From sequence record PP627279.1: a DNA stretch of 59,853 nucleotides, one strand, 5' to 3'. The notes beneath the pieces were generated by a model, which saw nothing but the letters and a program-made list of their open reading frames with translations, was not told the DNA's origin and did no database searches. Position numbers and translations under genes: made by a program. The stretch comes from Escherichia phage KS_A8. Positions 10,458 to 21,600 of the stretch are shown here, piece by piece (position 1 is the stretch's first letter; the number at the start of each line of letters is the position of its first letter).

Positions 10458-13400
10458 TGGCCGAAACCGCTTCGCTAGTAATCAGAGTTGACGCGAGAGG
10501 GATTAGTACCGCGGACTCTATGTTGCGGAACTTAGCGCGTACAGGTGACACAGCGGAGCGGTCTGCTCAACGTGTTACCTCCAGCTATAAAACATTGTCT
10601 AACACATCTAACGAACTTGCAACTGTCACAAGTCGTTTAGATGCTGCAATTGTAGGAATGATTAGCGTCGACACCATTAACCGTGTTATTTCGCTATCGG
10701 ACTCCTGGACTATCCTCACCAACAAACTTGAACTGGCTCGTACGGGTAATGAAACCGTTGCGGATGCGCAGCAACGCGTGTTTGATATTGCCCAGCGGTC
10801 ACGTACAAGCTTGGAAGCAACTGCAACTCTGTACTCCCGTCTCCAGCGTGCGATGAAGAATACTGGTATGACTGGTATGGAGCTTGGACGTATCACGGAA
10901 ACAATCAACAAAGCAATGATCGTTTCTGGTGCAACATCCCATGAAGCAAGTGCTGCCCTTATTCAGTTTTCGCAAGCAATGGCATCCGGTGTTCTGCGTG
11001 GGGATGAATTCCGCTCTGTTGCAGAACAAGCCCCGCGCTTAACTCAAATTATGTCCGATTCGTTAGGCGTTACCATTGGACAATTGCGTGAGCTGGCGTA
11101 CAGCGGAAAGTTAACTGCAGATGTGGTTATCAAATCGTTGTCTGGTGCTGCGGATACAATTGATAAAGAATTCAGCCGCACTATGCCAACGTTCAACCAG
11201 CAATGGACGGTTGCAACAAACAACTTGACTAAGTTTATGGGTGAATCCCAAAAGACTCAAGGTGCGGTCGCTGCATTGGGACAGACGTTTGTTGCATTAT
11301 CCGAAAACTTAGGAACGGTTGTAACGGTTGGTTCAGCTTTAGCCACAGTGATTACCGCCCGTATCATTACGGCAATGCTTGCTAAGACTAAAGCGTCTAT
11401 AGCTGCTGCAAAAGCATCGCAGATGGAAGCTGCACAAACTGCGGCAACTACGGCGGTGATGCAAAGCTCTATTGGCGTTACCGCACAGAAAGCGGCTGCG
11501 GATCGTGCTGCTTCGCTTGCTGCGTTACAGGTTGCTCGCGGGTCATTAGCGGTTGCTAAGGGTACGGCAGCGGAAGCGGGCGCACGTCTTGCCCTTATTA
11601 ACGCTACCCGTGCGCATTCTGCGGCAATTATGGCGGACGTACAAGCGCGGCAAGCGCTCAATGCTGCTCTTAATGCAACTGTACCAGCCGCAAGCCGGGC
11701 AGCTACAGCAATGAGCGTGCTGCGCGGTGCTATGGGGTTAATTGGTGGTCCTGTTGGTGTAGCAATGCTGGCAGCGGGTGCAATTTACTCCTATAAAGCG
11801 TCGCTGGAAGCAGGTCGTGCGGAAAACAATCAGTTTGCGGATAGTGTTGATTCTGTACGCGAGAAACTGATGCAAATGACGGAAGCTCAGCTGGCAGCTA
11901 ACGCGGTCAAAGCTAGAGCAATCCTTCCGGAACTTGAAGAGCAAATGAAGCGGGAGCAGACCGCTTTAAAATCTGCTACAGAAACACAGAAGTTCTATGA
12001 AGCACAATTAAAACGCCGTGCCGCGTCCGGTCGTGATACAGCTAGTGCCGAGAAGAACTTACAAATCGCAACGGATAACGTCAAGCTTGCTGCCGAGCGT
12101 GCTGAAGAAGCTCAACGCCGTTACAACAATGTCTTAGAAATGACAAGCCCTGCTATCGAGAAGATAATTCCGTTAGCTCGTCAGCTTGCTGCTGATATGA
12201 AGGCCGTTCTTAACATCAAATCCGGTCCACTTATTGACGAGAAAGTCCTTGACCGTTTTAAAGGTCAGCTAGGTGATGTCAACCGTGAGATTGATGTTAA
12301 CACGGTTAAGGGTGCTGGCAATGCTCGCCAAGCTGCAATCCTTAGTGGACTGTATCAGACGCTGGGCAAGGATGCTGATACATACGGAAGTCTTATTCGC
12401 AAAGTAGCTATGGGTCAGGACGTTAGCTCAGAGGCAACAAGCGAATCCGCTAAAGAGCTTGTTAAATATGCTCAAGATTTAGCCCAAGCTCTTGGCAAAA
12501 ACTACGATCTTGAAGAAGCAGAGAGAAACCGAACTAAAGCGACAAAAGACGGTATTAAAGCAGAACAACAGAACGCCAAAGTTATTGACGATTTACGCAA
12601 TAAGCTTAACGAAGTAACCACAGGGGTTAAGGAAAACGCCAAAGCGAAAGCGCAAGCGGTAGCACTTAATAAGCTCAATGCGTCTGCAACGGCTGCGGAA
12701 AAAGCAGAAGTCGTTAGTCTTGCTGCTGCAATCTACGATGCAGAAGAAGCTCAAAAGAAACTGGACGAGCGTAAGAAGAATCGTAAAGCTGCCGAAGACT
12801 TGTTAGGGGAAGGTAGAACAGACTACGCTAAAATTGAATACGAAATGCAAGAAAAGATCATGAAGCTTCATAGGGATCAAGAAGCAGATGACCTTGAGCA
12901 TTACAAACTGTATGAGGATGCTAAGACTCAAGTATTGGCGCAAGCTAACCTTCAAAGGGAAAACCTGAATAAAGTTCTTATGAACAGGATGATATCCTTT
13001 TCTCAGGACTCGTTAGGAATTATAATGGATGGTCTGTCACAGGCTGTAAGCCAGCAGAACTTCTTTTATAAAGCCATGTTTGCCGCGCAGAAAGCAATGC
13101 AAATTCCGTCAATCCTTGCTAACACGGAAACAGCCGCTTCAGCAGCCCTTGCATGGGGTACGCAGCAAGGTGGGGCTACAATGGGCGCGACAATGGCAGC
13201 GATAGTGAAGACTATGGGCTATGCGTCTGCCGCTACTGTGGGTGGCCTAGCAATCGCGGGTATGGCGCACGATGGCATTGATAACGTTCCGCGTGAAGGT
13301 ACATGGTTGCTGGATAAGGGTGAACGTGTACTTAATGCTCCGTCTAATGACAAGTTAAATCGCTTCCTGGATAGCCAAGCTTCACAACAAGGTGGCGTGA

Positions 13401-13573
13401 ATATGTCCGGTGGTGTTAGCATTGTTCAGTATATCACGGTGCAAGGAAATGGCGATGCAGCACTCACACAAGCCATGCAAAAAGCAGCCCGTGATGGCGC
13501 TGAGCAGGGATATAATAAAGTTCTTAATGACTTTGCATCCCGAGGAACAATTCGTAGAACTGCAATGGGGTAA
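10457..13573 (+). CDS. tail tape measure protein
   Basis: 1038 aa, Ala/Gln-rich helical protein with long low-complexity coiled-coil segments; position after the chaperone pair. Confidence 0.85.
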   Translation: MAETASLVIRVDARGISTADSMLRNLARTGDTAERSAQRVTSSYKTLSNTSNELATVTSRLDAAIVGMISVDTINRVISLSDSWTILTNKLELARTGNETVADAQQRVFDIAQRSRTSLEATATLYSRLQRAMKNTGMTGMELGRITETINKAMIVSGATSHEASAALIQFSQAMASGVLRGDEFRSVAEQAPRLTQIMSDSLGVTIGQLRELAYSGKLTADVVIKSLSGAADTIDKEFSRTMPTFNQQWTVATNNLTKFMGESQKTQGAVAALGQTFVALSENLGTVVTVGSALATVITARIITAMLAKTKASIAAAKASQMEAAQTAATTAVMQSSIGVTAQKAAADRAASLAALQVARGSLAVAKGTAAEAGARLALINATRAHSAAIMADVQARQALNAALNATVPAASRAATAMSVLRGAMGLIGGPVGVAMLAAGAIYSYKASLEAGRAENNQFADSVDSVREKLMQMTEAQLAANAVKARAILPELEEQMKREQTALKSATETQKFYEAQLKRRAASGRDTASAEKNLQIATDNVKLAAERAEEAQRRYNNVLEMTSPAIEKIIPLARQLAADMKAVLNIKSGPLIDEKVLDRFKGQLGDVNREIDVNTVKGAGNARQAAILSGLYQTLGKDADTYGSLIRKVAMGQDVSSEATSESAKELVKYAQDLAQALGKNYDLEEAERNRTKATKDGIKAEQQNAKVIDDLRNKLNEVTTGVKENAKAKAQAVALNKLNASATAAEKAEVVSLAAAIYDAEEAQKKLDERKKNRKAAEDLLGEGRTDYAKIEYEMQEKIMKLHRDQEADDLEHYKLYEDAKTQVLAQANLQRENLNKVLMNRMISFSQDSLGIIMDGLSQAVSQQNFFYKAMFAAQKAMQIPSILANTETAASAALAWGTQQGGATMGATMAAIVKTMGYASAATVGGLAIAGMAHDGIDNVPREGTWLLDKGERVLNAPSNDKLNRFLDSQASQQGGVNMSGGVSIVQYITVQGNGDAALTQAMQKAARDGAEQGYNKVLNDFASRGTIRRTAMG

Positions 13574-13576
13574 TAT

Positions 13577-14161
13577 ATGCTCACTTGGCCCGAAGAAATT
13601 AGACCTTCCGAGATGGAATGGTATCTTGTTTCAAACTCTGTTGAATTTACAAGCCCCTTTAATGGGGCTTCACAAACTGTGTCCTATCCTGGGTCACGAT
13701 GGGAAGCAACATTAACGTTCAGCAATTTAAATGACTGGCAATCCAGAAAGCTTGAATCAACGTTAGCTAAGCTTGACGGTAAAGCTGGTCGTATTATGCT
13801 TCAGGATTTTGGTCGCTGGGGTCGTGCACCGATTGGATCACCTGTGGTTAATGGCGCAAACAATACAGGGACAACTTTATCAACCAAAGGTTGGACTCCT
13901 AACAGAAAGGTTCTATGGGAAGGGGATTACATCGCAGTAAACAATGAATTAAAATTAATAACGGAAGATGCTTGGAGCGATTCTTCAGGTAACGTGATTT
14001 TAAACATTGCTCCGATGTTAAGGACTATCCCACCAAACGGGGCTAAAATCGAGACGCAGAAACCACAAGGAGCTTTTCGTTTATCTGACAACACTAACGG
14101 GGTTAAGCGTCAACCAGCTTTTAATAATTCATTCACTTTAAAATTCTCGGAGGCGTTCTAA
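13577..14161 (+). CDS. minor tail protein (gpM/distal tail-like)
   Basis: 194 aa, first gene after the tape measure. Confidence 0.4.
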   Translation: MLTWPEEIRPSEMEWYLVSNSVEFTSPFNGASQTVSYPGSRWEATLTFSNLNDWQSRKLESTLAKLDGKAGRIMLQDFGRWGRAPIGSPVVNGANNTGTTLSTKGWTPNRKVLWEGDYIAVNNELKLITEDAWSDSSGNVILNIAPMLRTIPPNGAKIETQKPQGAFRLSDNTNGVKRQPAFNNSFTLKFSEAF

Positions 14162-14745
14162 TGCTATTCAGTCCTTTCAGCGATACGCTTCTTAATGCAA
14201 TGGAGCAGCCAAACGTTAGTTTGGTCCTTGCTGCGGAAATCGACTTTCCTTCTGGTGTAACGCGTGTACATACTGGGACAGGTGTTGTTGTTATTAACGG
14301 TCAAACGTTCCTGGGCGTTGGTACGCTTGGTGACGTAGGATCTGTAACAGAAGAAAACAGCACAAGTTCCAGCACAATGTCCATGGCGCTAAGCGGTCTG
14401 GATATGAGTCTTGTTGGGGAGACGTTAAACGAAGAAGTTATCGGACGTAATGTTGTTTGCTATATTGCAGTGATGAACGATCAAGGTAACGTCATTGCTG
14501 CTAATATTTTGTTTGAAGGTTTCATTACAGACACCGCATTACAAGCAGGTCAACAGAATGCATTGAGTTATGTTATTTCCAACGTGTTTGAGCGTTGGTC
14601 ACAAGGTTTACCGGATCGCTATACGGATGAAAGTCAACAGCGTTTATATCCGGGCGACCGTTTCTTTAGATATATTGCACAAATGGCTGAACGTTCAATC
14701 TTCTGGGGGAGTAAAAAAGATGCGCCAGGGTTCTCCTATGAGTAA
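14161..14745 (+). CDS. minor tail protein (gpL-like)
   Basis: 194 aa, ATGA overlap with the upstream gene. Confidence 0.4.
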   Translation: MLFSPFSDTLLNAMEQPNVSLVLAAEIDFPSGVTRVHTGTGVVVINGQTFLGVGTLGDVGSVTEENSTSSSTMSMALSGLDMSLVGETLNEEVIGRNVVCYIAVMNDQGNVIAANILFEGFITDTALQAGQQNALSYVISNVFERWSQGLPDRYTDESQQRLYPGDRFFRYIAQMAERSIFWGSKKDAPGFSYE

Positions 14746-15154
14746 GTTGCCAGGCTGGCAGACACGTTTATTAACCACAGTAAAGGAGTTGTCATCGACT
14801 CCTTTTTCTTGGGGTGAAAATGATTGCTGCACCTTCGCGGCAAAATGTGTTGATGCGCAATACGGAACAAATATCTACGAACAAGTCGCTGGAAAATATA
14901 GTACAGAGCTTGGAAGTAAAAAGTTCACTATTGAAAGAGTTGGAACCGCTTACCTTCCATTGTTATTGGATACATATCTGAGCGAACGCGTTGACAAGAA
15001 CTATGCGCAAAGAGGCGATGTTGTTACATTTGAGGGAGCATTGGGCTTAACTGCTGGCATATTATGGACTGGATATGTATGGGCTATGGGTCCGAACGGT
15101 GTGGAAACATTCCCGCTTAATAAGATCAAAATTACGGATATTTGGAGGGTCTAA
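14720..15154 (+). CDS. tail assembly protein (gpK-like, putative)
   Basis: In-frame ATG at 14720 preceded by GGGGGAG; the track ORF from 14570 would overlap the upstream gene by 176 nt; contains NDCC cysteine motif. Confidence 0.35.
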   Translation: MRQGSPMSKLPGWQTRLLTTVKELSSTPFSWGENDCCTFAAKCVDAQYGTNIYEQVAGKYSTELGSKKFTIERVGTAYLPLLLDTYLSERVDKNYAQRGDVVTFEGALGLTAGILWTGYVWAMGPNGVETFPLNKIKITDIWRV

Positions 15155-18100
15155 TGCCACCAGCAATAATTGGAGCAGCGATAGCTTTAGGTGCGTCGGC
15201 TGCTGCTGCGGCTAGTATTATTTCGGCTACTACCGCTCTCGTTATCGGTATTGCTGCAACCGCGGCAGGTGCTCTTTTGACTAAGACACCAAATATGAAC
15301 TTTGATGCTTACAAGGGGCAGCAAGAGCGTAAACAGGTTCTGCGTGCGGCTACAGCGTCACGTTCTGTTGTATATGGCACGACCGTAGCGTCCGGACTAT
15401 TAGCATTTGCGGAGGAAGAAGCTGGAGATCAAGATGAAGGTGAATGGATGCATCTTGTTGTTGTTCTTGCTAGTCATAAATTGGAAGGTATTGAAACGAT
15501 TTGGTTGGGCGATGACGGAATTGATTGGTTTGGTGAAAACGCTACTTGGGAGTTTCATAACGACCGTCAGACTGTTGACCCATTCATGTTAAGACATTGT
15601 CCTTCCTGGAAGGAGGATATGATTGGCAAGGGTATTGCATGGCTACGTTTAAGCTTAAAGTTTGATGCTGAAAAATTCCCATCTGGTTTGCCAAACGTCA
15701 AGGTGTTGAAAAAGGGACGTAGAGTCTATGACCCACGTTCCGGTCAAACTGTCTTTAGCGATAACGCTGCTCTTGTTATTCTTGATTATTTCCGCACGTA
15801 TTTAAAGCGCAAGGACGAGAATATTAACTGGGACCAATTCAAGGAAGCTGCTAACATCTGCGATGAGTTTGTTACTAACGCAGATAACACTACGGAAAGA
15901 CGCTACCGCATTAACGGTGAGTTTGAAGTGGATGAAGCACCTGCCAAAATCCTTGATGCTATGCTTGAAGCTTGCGGTGGGGAACTAACCTATATTGGCG
16001 GCAAGCATGGTCTGTTAGTTGGCGCTTATTATGGTCCTGCTACCATGACTTTGGACGAAAGCTGCATTGCTGGGGATATTAAAATTATCCCTGAAACATC
16101 TTATAAAGAGCGCACCAATACCATTACAGGTACATTCGTTGACCCGAAGCAAACATACGCTGAAGCAGATTTTCCTCCAGTTGTGGTTAAGGAATGGGTG
16201 GAAAAAGATGGCGGCGAAATAACGCAGGACATGGATTTCCGCTTTGTTACAAGTGAATATCAAGCTCAACGTCTTGCTAATATTATTTTACGTCGTAAGC
16301 GTGTTGGTCGAACAATTGAAGTGCCGTGTAACATGAAGGGGTATAAATTCCGCCCGGGCATGTATGTCAACGTGACAATTTCAAATATTGGAATGAAAAA
16401 TGTTGAGATGCGCGTTACTAAATGGTCATTCGATCCTAAAGGTGGAATTAATCTTGTCCTTCGTCAAGACTTCCTGGAAATGTGGGACGATGCTATTGGT
16501 AAACCAATGGAGCGTCCGGATCTGGTAGACCTTCCGTCTGGTGCTATTGCTCAACCGCAAAACCTTCAGTATCAGGTATTGCAGATCAGCGATGTTGTGC
16601 AAGGTGTTTTAACATGGAGCAATATTGGACAGGTAGCGTATAACCGCGTAGCCGTGCGACAGGGAGGTACAACGGTTTGGACTGCACAAGTCCCTGGCCA
16701 AAACGTTCGCGTTACTGGGTTGCTGCGTGGCGCGTATACAGCGCATGTTCAAGCGGTAGCTTATAGCGGGGCAATATCACCGGAAGCGTATCTTGAATTT
16801 AATATTCAAGCGCCGCCTCCGCCAACGTCTATTGAAGTGCAACAGGGTTACTTTGCTATAAGTCTAATCCCTAAATCCGCAGATATTGCAAACGTTAGCA
16901 CGCAGTATGATTTTTGGACCTCTGGTGAAACAAGATTGTCTTCCGTGTCTACGGATATTGTGGAACGCGAAGCAACTCGTAAAGGTATGGGTACAACATG
17001 GACTTCAGAAGGTTTGAAGAATGACCACACTTATTACTGGTATGTTCGCACTATCAACGCTTTTGGATCGTCTGCATTTGTAGAGGTTGCTGCATTGTGC
17101 TTCACAACAGCTACAGACTTAATGCCACAGATTGATTCTGAGTTCAAGAAGACGGAGACTTATAAAGAGCTTACTGCTGAAATTACAGGTGTTAAAGACG
17201 GTGTTACCCAACTCAGCCAAACTGTAGTAGATACAGAAAAGCGTTTAAGCCAAAGTGTTAGCAACGTTCAGCAGAGCGTTATTACTTTGGACGGTGTTGT
17301 TCAGGATCAAGGCGTTACTATCAATGAACAAGGACAACTTATTGATGCACAGGGCCGATTGATTGATACGCAAGGTAAAACTATTCAGCAAGTTAGCGCA
17401 ACTGTACAGGAGACAAGTAAAGCAGTCGTAGATCTGGAAGGTAATGTTAACGCTCAATGGGGCGCTAAGGTACAGGTTGACAGTAAAGGACAAAAATACG
17501 TTGCTGGTATCCAGTTGGGTATGGAAGGGTCTGGTGGTGCTGTCCAATCTTACTTCATGGTAAGTGCCAACAACTTTGCCATCTATAACCCGACAAACAG
17601 CGTAGCAGAACTGGCATTTGCTGTTAAGAACGGTCAAGTGTTCATGAAGGCTGCGTTTATTGAAAATGGTACTATCGACAGCGCCAAAATTTCAAACCAG
17701 ATTCAGTCAACCAACTACGCTAACAATAGCGCGGGTTGGATGATTAACAAGAACGGTAGCGCTCAGTTTAACAACGTAACGATAAGGGGTACGGTATACG
17801 CTAACAACGGGTCTTTCACAGGTACAGTCAACGCCACAAGCGGTAAATTCAAGGGTACTGTGGAAGCTACCAGTTTTGTGGGTGATGTTGCGAATATGTG
17901 TGTCATTGCTGAGTCTGCAATACCAAACACACAAACTACAAGTTCAAGAACCTGGACAAAAACTTTCAAAGACTCATCCGGTTCAACATTATCTAAAGAC
18001 TTTGTGTTGTTATTAAGTTATAGTTTAACCGCATATACATCAAATCAGGCAAGTCGTATAATTGTGACTGCTAACATAGGTGGAACATCAATAACAAGGA

Positions 18101-18276
18101 GGATTGAGCGAGCTGCCAATGGGCCTGCCATGGATGTAACCATACCTTTAGCAGTGAAAGGAAAGACAGCGTCGAGTGTAACAATAAGCGTTAAGGAGGA
18201 ATATACGAACGTCTATGGGAGTTACTTGCGTCCGTCTGTAATATTAATGACTCGCGGAACTGGTAGTTGGTCGTAA
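15142..18276 (+). CDS. tail tip / host specificity protein (gpJ-like, with gpI-like hydrophobic N-terminus)
   Basis: 1044 aa, largest tail gene after the minor tail proteins; hydrophobic Ala/Ile-rich N-terminal segment then large beta-rich body. Confidence 0.65.
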   Translation: MEGLMPPAIIGAAIALGASAAAAASIISATTALVIGIAATAAGALLTKTPNMNFDAYKGQQERKQVLRAATASRSVVYGTTVASGLLAFAEEEAGDQDEGEWMHLVVVLASHKLEGIETIWLGDDGIDWFGENATWEFHNDRQTVDPFMLRHCPSWKEDMIGKGIAWLRLSLKFDAEKFPSGLPNVKVLKKGRRVYDPRSGQTVFSDNAALVILDYFRTYLKRKDENINWDQFKEAANICDEFVTNADNTTERRYRINGEFEVDEAPAKILDAMLEACGGELTYIGGKHGLLVGAYYGPATMTLDESCIAGDIKIIPETSYKERTNTITGTFVDPKQTYAEADFPPVVVKEWVEKDGGEITQDMDFRFVTSEYQAQRLANIILRRKRVGRTIEVPCNMKGYKFRPGMYVNVTISNIGMKNVEMRVTKWSFDPKGGINLVLRQDFLEMWDDAIGKPMERPDLVDLPSGAIAQPQNLQYQVLQISDVVQGVLTWSNIGQVAYNRVAVRQGGTTVWTAQVPGQNVRVTGLLRGAYTAHVQAVAYSGAISPEAYLEFNIQAPPPPTSIEVQQGYFAISLIPKSADIANVSTQYDFWTSGETRLSSVSTDIVEREATRKGMGTTWTSEGLKNDHTYYWYVRTINAFGSSAFVEVAALCFTTATDLMPQIDSEFKKTETYKELTAEITGVKDGVTQLSQTVVDTEKRLSQSVSNVQQSVITLDGVVQDQGVTINEQGQLIDAQGRLIDTQGKTIQQVSATVQETSKAVVDLEGNVNAQWGAKVQVDSKGQKYVAGIQLGMEGSGGAVQSYFMVSANNFAIYNPTNSVAELAFAVKNGQVFMKAAFIENGTIDSAKISNQIQSTNYANNSAGWMINKNGSAQFNNVTIRGTVYANNGSFTGTVNATSGKFKGTVEATSFVGDVANMCVIAESAIPNTQTTSSRTWTKTFKDSSGSTLSKDFVLLLSYSLTAYTSNQASRIIVTANIGGTSITRRIERAANGPAMDVTIPLAVKGKTASSVTISVKEEYTNVYGSYLRPSVILMTRGTGSWS

Positions 18277-18283
18277 TAAATAA

Positions 18284-18312
18284 TTAACCCCTCGTTTGAG
18301 GGGTTAATTTTC
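18284..18312. terminator. bidirectional intrinsic terminator between convergent genes
   Basis: TTAACCCCTC-GTTT-GAGGGGTTAA hairpin with flanking A/T runs. Confidence 0.5.
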
Positions 18313-18544
18313 AATAATCAATTACACAGTTTGAAGGTGAACCAATTCTTCGGTATTCATGATCAATCTCATGGCACCATTGTCCAGTCATTGGAAGCTT
18401 TTCGGTATCATAAATTAAAGAACCGTTACCATCACGGTCTAACGGTTTTGGAATAACGCCGGAATTAGGTTTACCCGTATTTAGACCGTTACCGCATGCA
18501 GTGAGGGATAAAGTTAATGCCAGCATAATTAAAGCGCGTTTCAT
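18311..18544 (-). CDS. outer-membrane lipoprotein, Llp/Cor-like superinfection exclusion candidate
   Basis: 77 aa; signal peptide MKRALIMLALTLSLTA followed by lipobox Cys17; two further Cys in the mature part; antisense between two tail fibre genes. Confidence 0.5.
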   Translation of the reverse strand: MKRALIMLALTLSLTACGNGLNTGKPNSGVIPKPLDRDGNGSLIYDTEKLPMTGQWCHEIDHEYRRIGSPSNCVIDY

Positions 18545-18614
18545 TGGGACTCCTTTGTGTTGTTGTCAAGGTTCAATTCTAATATACTTGTTGTGTTGAG
18601 TAAGTCAAATAAAT

Positions 18615-21600
18615 GTGGGAGATATTATGGCAACTCGTTTACGTGGTACTTTAGTTGATGGTTTAAATAAACCAATTGTCAACGCTACAGTTGCGCTTTT
18701 AGCAAAAGGGAATAGCTTATTGGTATTGTCCGGCAGTGAAGCTATCTTTAAAACAAGTGCAACCGGAACATATGATATTATAGTCCAAACGGGCTATTAC
18801 AAGGTTATTATCGGTCCGCAAGGCAGCGAGCCTTATAAAGCTGGTGAAATTGCCATTTACGCGGACAGTAAAGAAGGTACGCTGAATAACTATTTAACTT
18901 CCTGGGCACCGGAAGAGCTAACTCCGGAAGTCATTGCACAAGTTAAAGATTTAGTTTCACAAGCCGAGACAGCTAAGAACGCTTCAGCAGCATCCGCAAC
19001 TAAATCCGAACAGGAACGCGTTAAAGCAGAAGCTGCGGCACAGAATGCTGTAAACACTGCTAACGGTATGAAAGCTTCTATTGGTTTGACTACTGCACCA
19101 AGACATGTTGCAGATATTACAGTCAATCCGTCATCATTCTTGGGTTTTATACGGATTTTACGGTCTAGTACAGTAGGTTATCCGGATATTGCGTCCTCAG
19201 AAAACGTATTGGCCGGTTTTGTTTCCGCTATGGATGGAACCCCTGGATTTATAGGTGTTTTTGTTGGAGACATGACCGGGACTATATATAGCTATAGATG
19301 GATTAAGGACGTTGGCGTTACATGGTGGAAGCAGGTTAACTATTCTACTGTCAACAGATATACCCAGCTAAACGCAGAAACTAATTTTACAAACCAATTA
19401 GGCAATGCAAAACTCCTCATAGATAATAATAAAGTTTGGGGGGCATATGACAATGAAAATAAACGCTTCATACCTCTAGCAATAGCTCAAGGTGGTACAG
19501 GAGGAACTACTGACGCGGATGCTCGTACAAACTTAAGACTTGGTCCTAACGATACACCTCAATTCAGAAACCTTAATCTTGTTACAGTAGCAGACTCCGC
19601 ACAAGCGCCTTCCGGCATTGTGAGCGGTTATTTAAATAATAGCTCTGGAGTTCAAAGATGCCGCTACCGCATATATTCTGAAATAAGAGGTGACAATAAA
19701 GCGTGGTTAACCTTACACCTTCAATCAGACACAGCAACAAATAAATATGCTGGTCTAAGCGTTGATGGTAATTTTCAAATCAATGGAAATTTTATTGGTA
19801 ATGCTTTGCAGTTGTCAGACGCTCCAAATTCCAGGATTAATCTACAGTTAGATCGTTTTTATCAAAGTGCTAACGAAACGGTTATTTATACTCCGTCTCG
19901 TCAAGCATATATGACAATTTCTAATAACAAGACTTGGGGCGCTTATGACGCGGAAGCTCAAAACTTCATCCCTTTACCTATTAATAGGGGAGGGACTGGT
20001 GCTTTAACAATATCCGACGCTAAGACTAATCTTCAAATTCCGTCTGTAGGTGGGGGTGATTGGTTAACTTATAACGCTCCTCCTGGCGTGGAAGCTGGAA
20101 AGTATTATCCAGTTATCATCGATATGGCATACAGCTCTTTATATGCTTCTGGTGCTTTTATAGATATAAAGACACGTTCTGCCGCTGGTGACGATCCAAT
20201 GAACTGTTGCACTTTTAACGGATTTATTAGATGTGGTGGTTGGAGCGACCGAAAAGACGGCGGTTATGGTTACTTCAACAACTATGCAAGAAATGAAATT
20301 GCTATGAAATGTATTCTTTCTTCATCTAAAGATGCGGAAAGATACGTTGCAATATATGTTGAAGGTCGTGGTTTCCCTCTTCAATTGCGTGTCCCTGCAT
20401 TCTGTGAAGTAACAGTACCAACATCAAACTTTACTTATAAAAATACAACCTATGCGTGGGGTACAGCTAACCCTGCAACGGATTCTGTAGCTATAAACAC
20501 CTTATTTGATTTTTCATTAAACCGCGTTGGTTTTTACCAGGCCACAACAGAAGGTAATTATTATATCGGAAATGGGGAACGTATTGTTTTATCTAACGGA
20601 ATGTCTGTGGGTGAAGAGTTAAGTCTAGCCACACCTAAAGTGTCTTTCAGTGGAACCATTGCGGCTGGTAACGGTGTCATTGCAGATGGAACATCTGTAT
20701 CCAACGCTACTTTTTATAGCCGTTATCGTGTTGGTGACGTAATATATGGCAGCGAGTTTCGCGCAAGTGAAAATGCTGGTCAAATTATAGTCCGCGATCC
20801 AACGGGTGGGACTGCGCATCAATTCTTTAACTTCAATCTCAACGGGACATTCAGCGCCCCCGCTGGTTTGCTATCTTCTACTGGAGTAGATTGGAACGGT
20901 CAGATTAATACCGTCAATAAATTCTATGGGATTGCTGGACAAGTTAACACACCAGAAAACAATGTGGTTTATGGTGGTATACATGTTGGATTCAGCGGCA
21001 ACTATGCTTTCCAGATATGCGGAAGGAAAGGTAAATCCTTCTTCCGCACATTTGAAGCAGGAGTAGAAGGACAATGGCAACAATTAGTAACTAAAGGGAA
21101 CTACGGAGTTGGTCTAATTGGAACTTTTAAACCGGAAGATGGTTCAAGTGGTTTTTACACTGATTCCGATGGGGCAAATACTTGGTCGCCTGCTAACGGA
21201 GGGGGTTTTCAATCTTCGTATACTCAGCAGCGAATATTCCAATTTTGGATGACATCAAGCTCGCAGGGGTTTATTCGTTTTAATGATAGCGGTAACGCTC
21301 AAGCTTCTAAGACGGATAAACCTTGGACAACACTTCAAGCAGCTGGCACATCGGATATTAACTTCAAACGTGTGCACGGTGAAATGGACACAGATGTTGC
21401 GTTAGATAATATTAGCAAGCTTGAATTTGTTTATTTTAACTACTTGTCCGACGGTCCGGAGCGTGAAATCCGTAGGGGTATTATTGCTCAACAGGCCCAG
21501 GAAGTTGATCCTGAATATGTGCATAGCGCTGAAACATCCGGGAAAATGACTTTGGATTCTAACCCATTGTTATTGGATGCATTAGCTGCAATACAATCCC

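Noticed and set aside
14570-14719. Upstream extension of the gpK-like ORF
   Set aside because: Would overlap the preceding gene by 176 nt; an in-frame ATG at 14720 has a GGGGGAG RBS.
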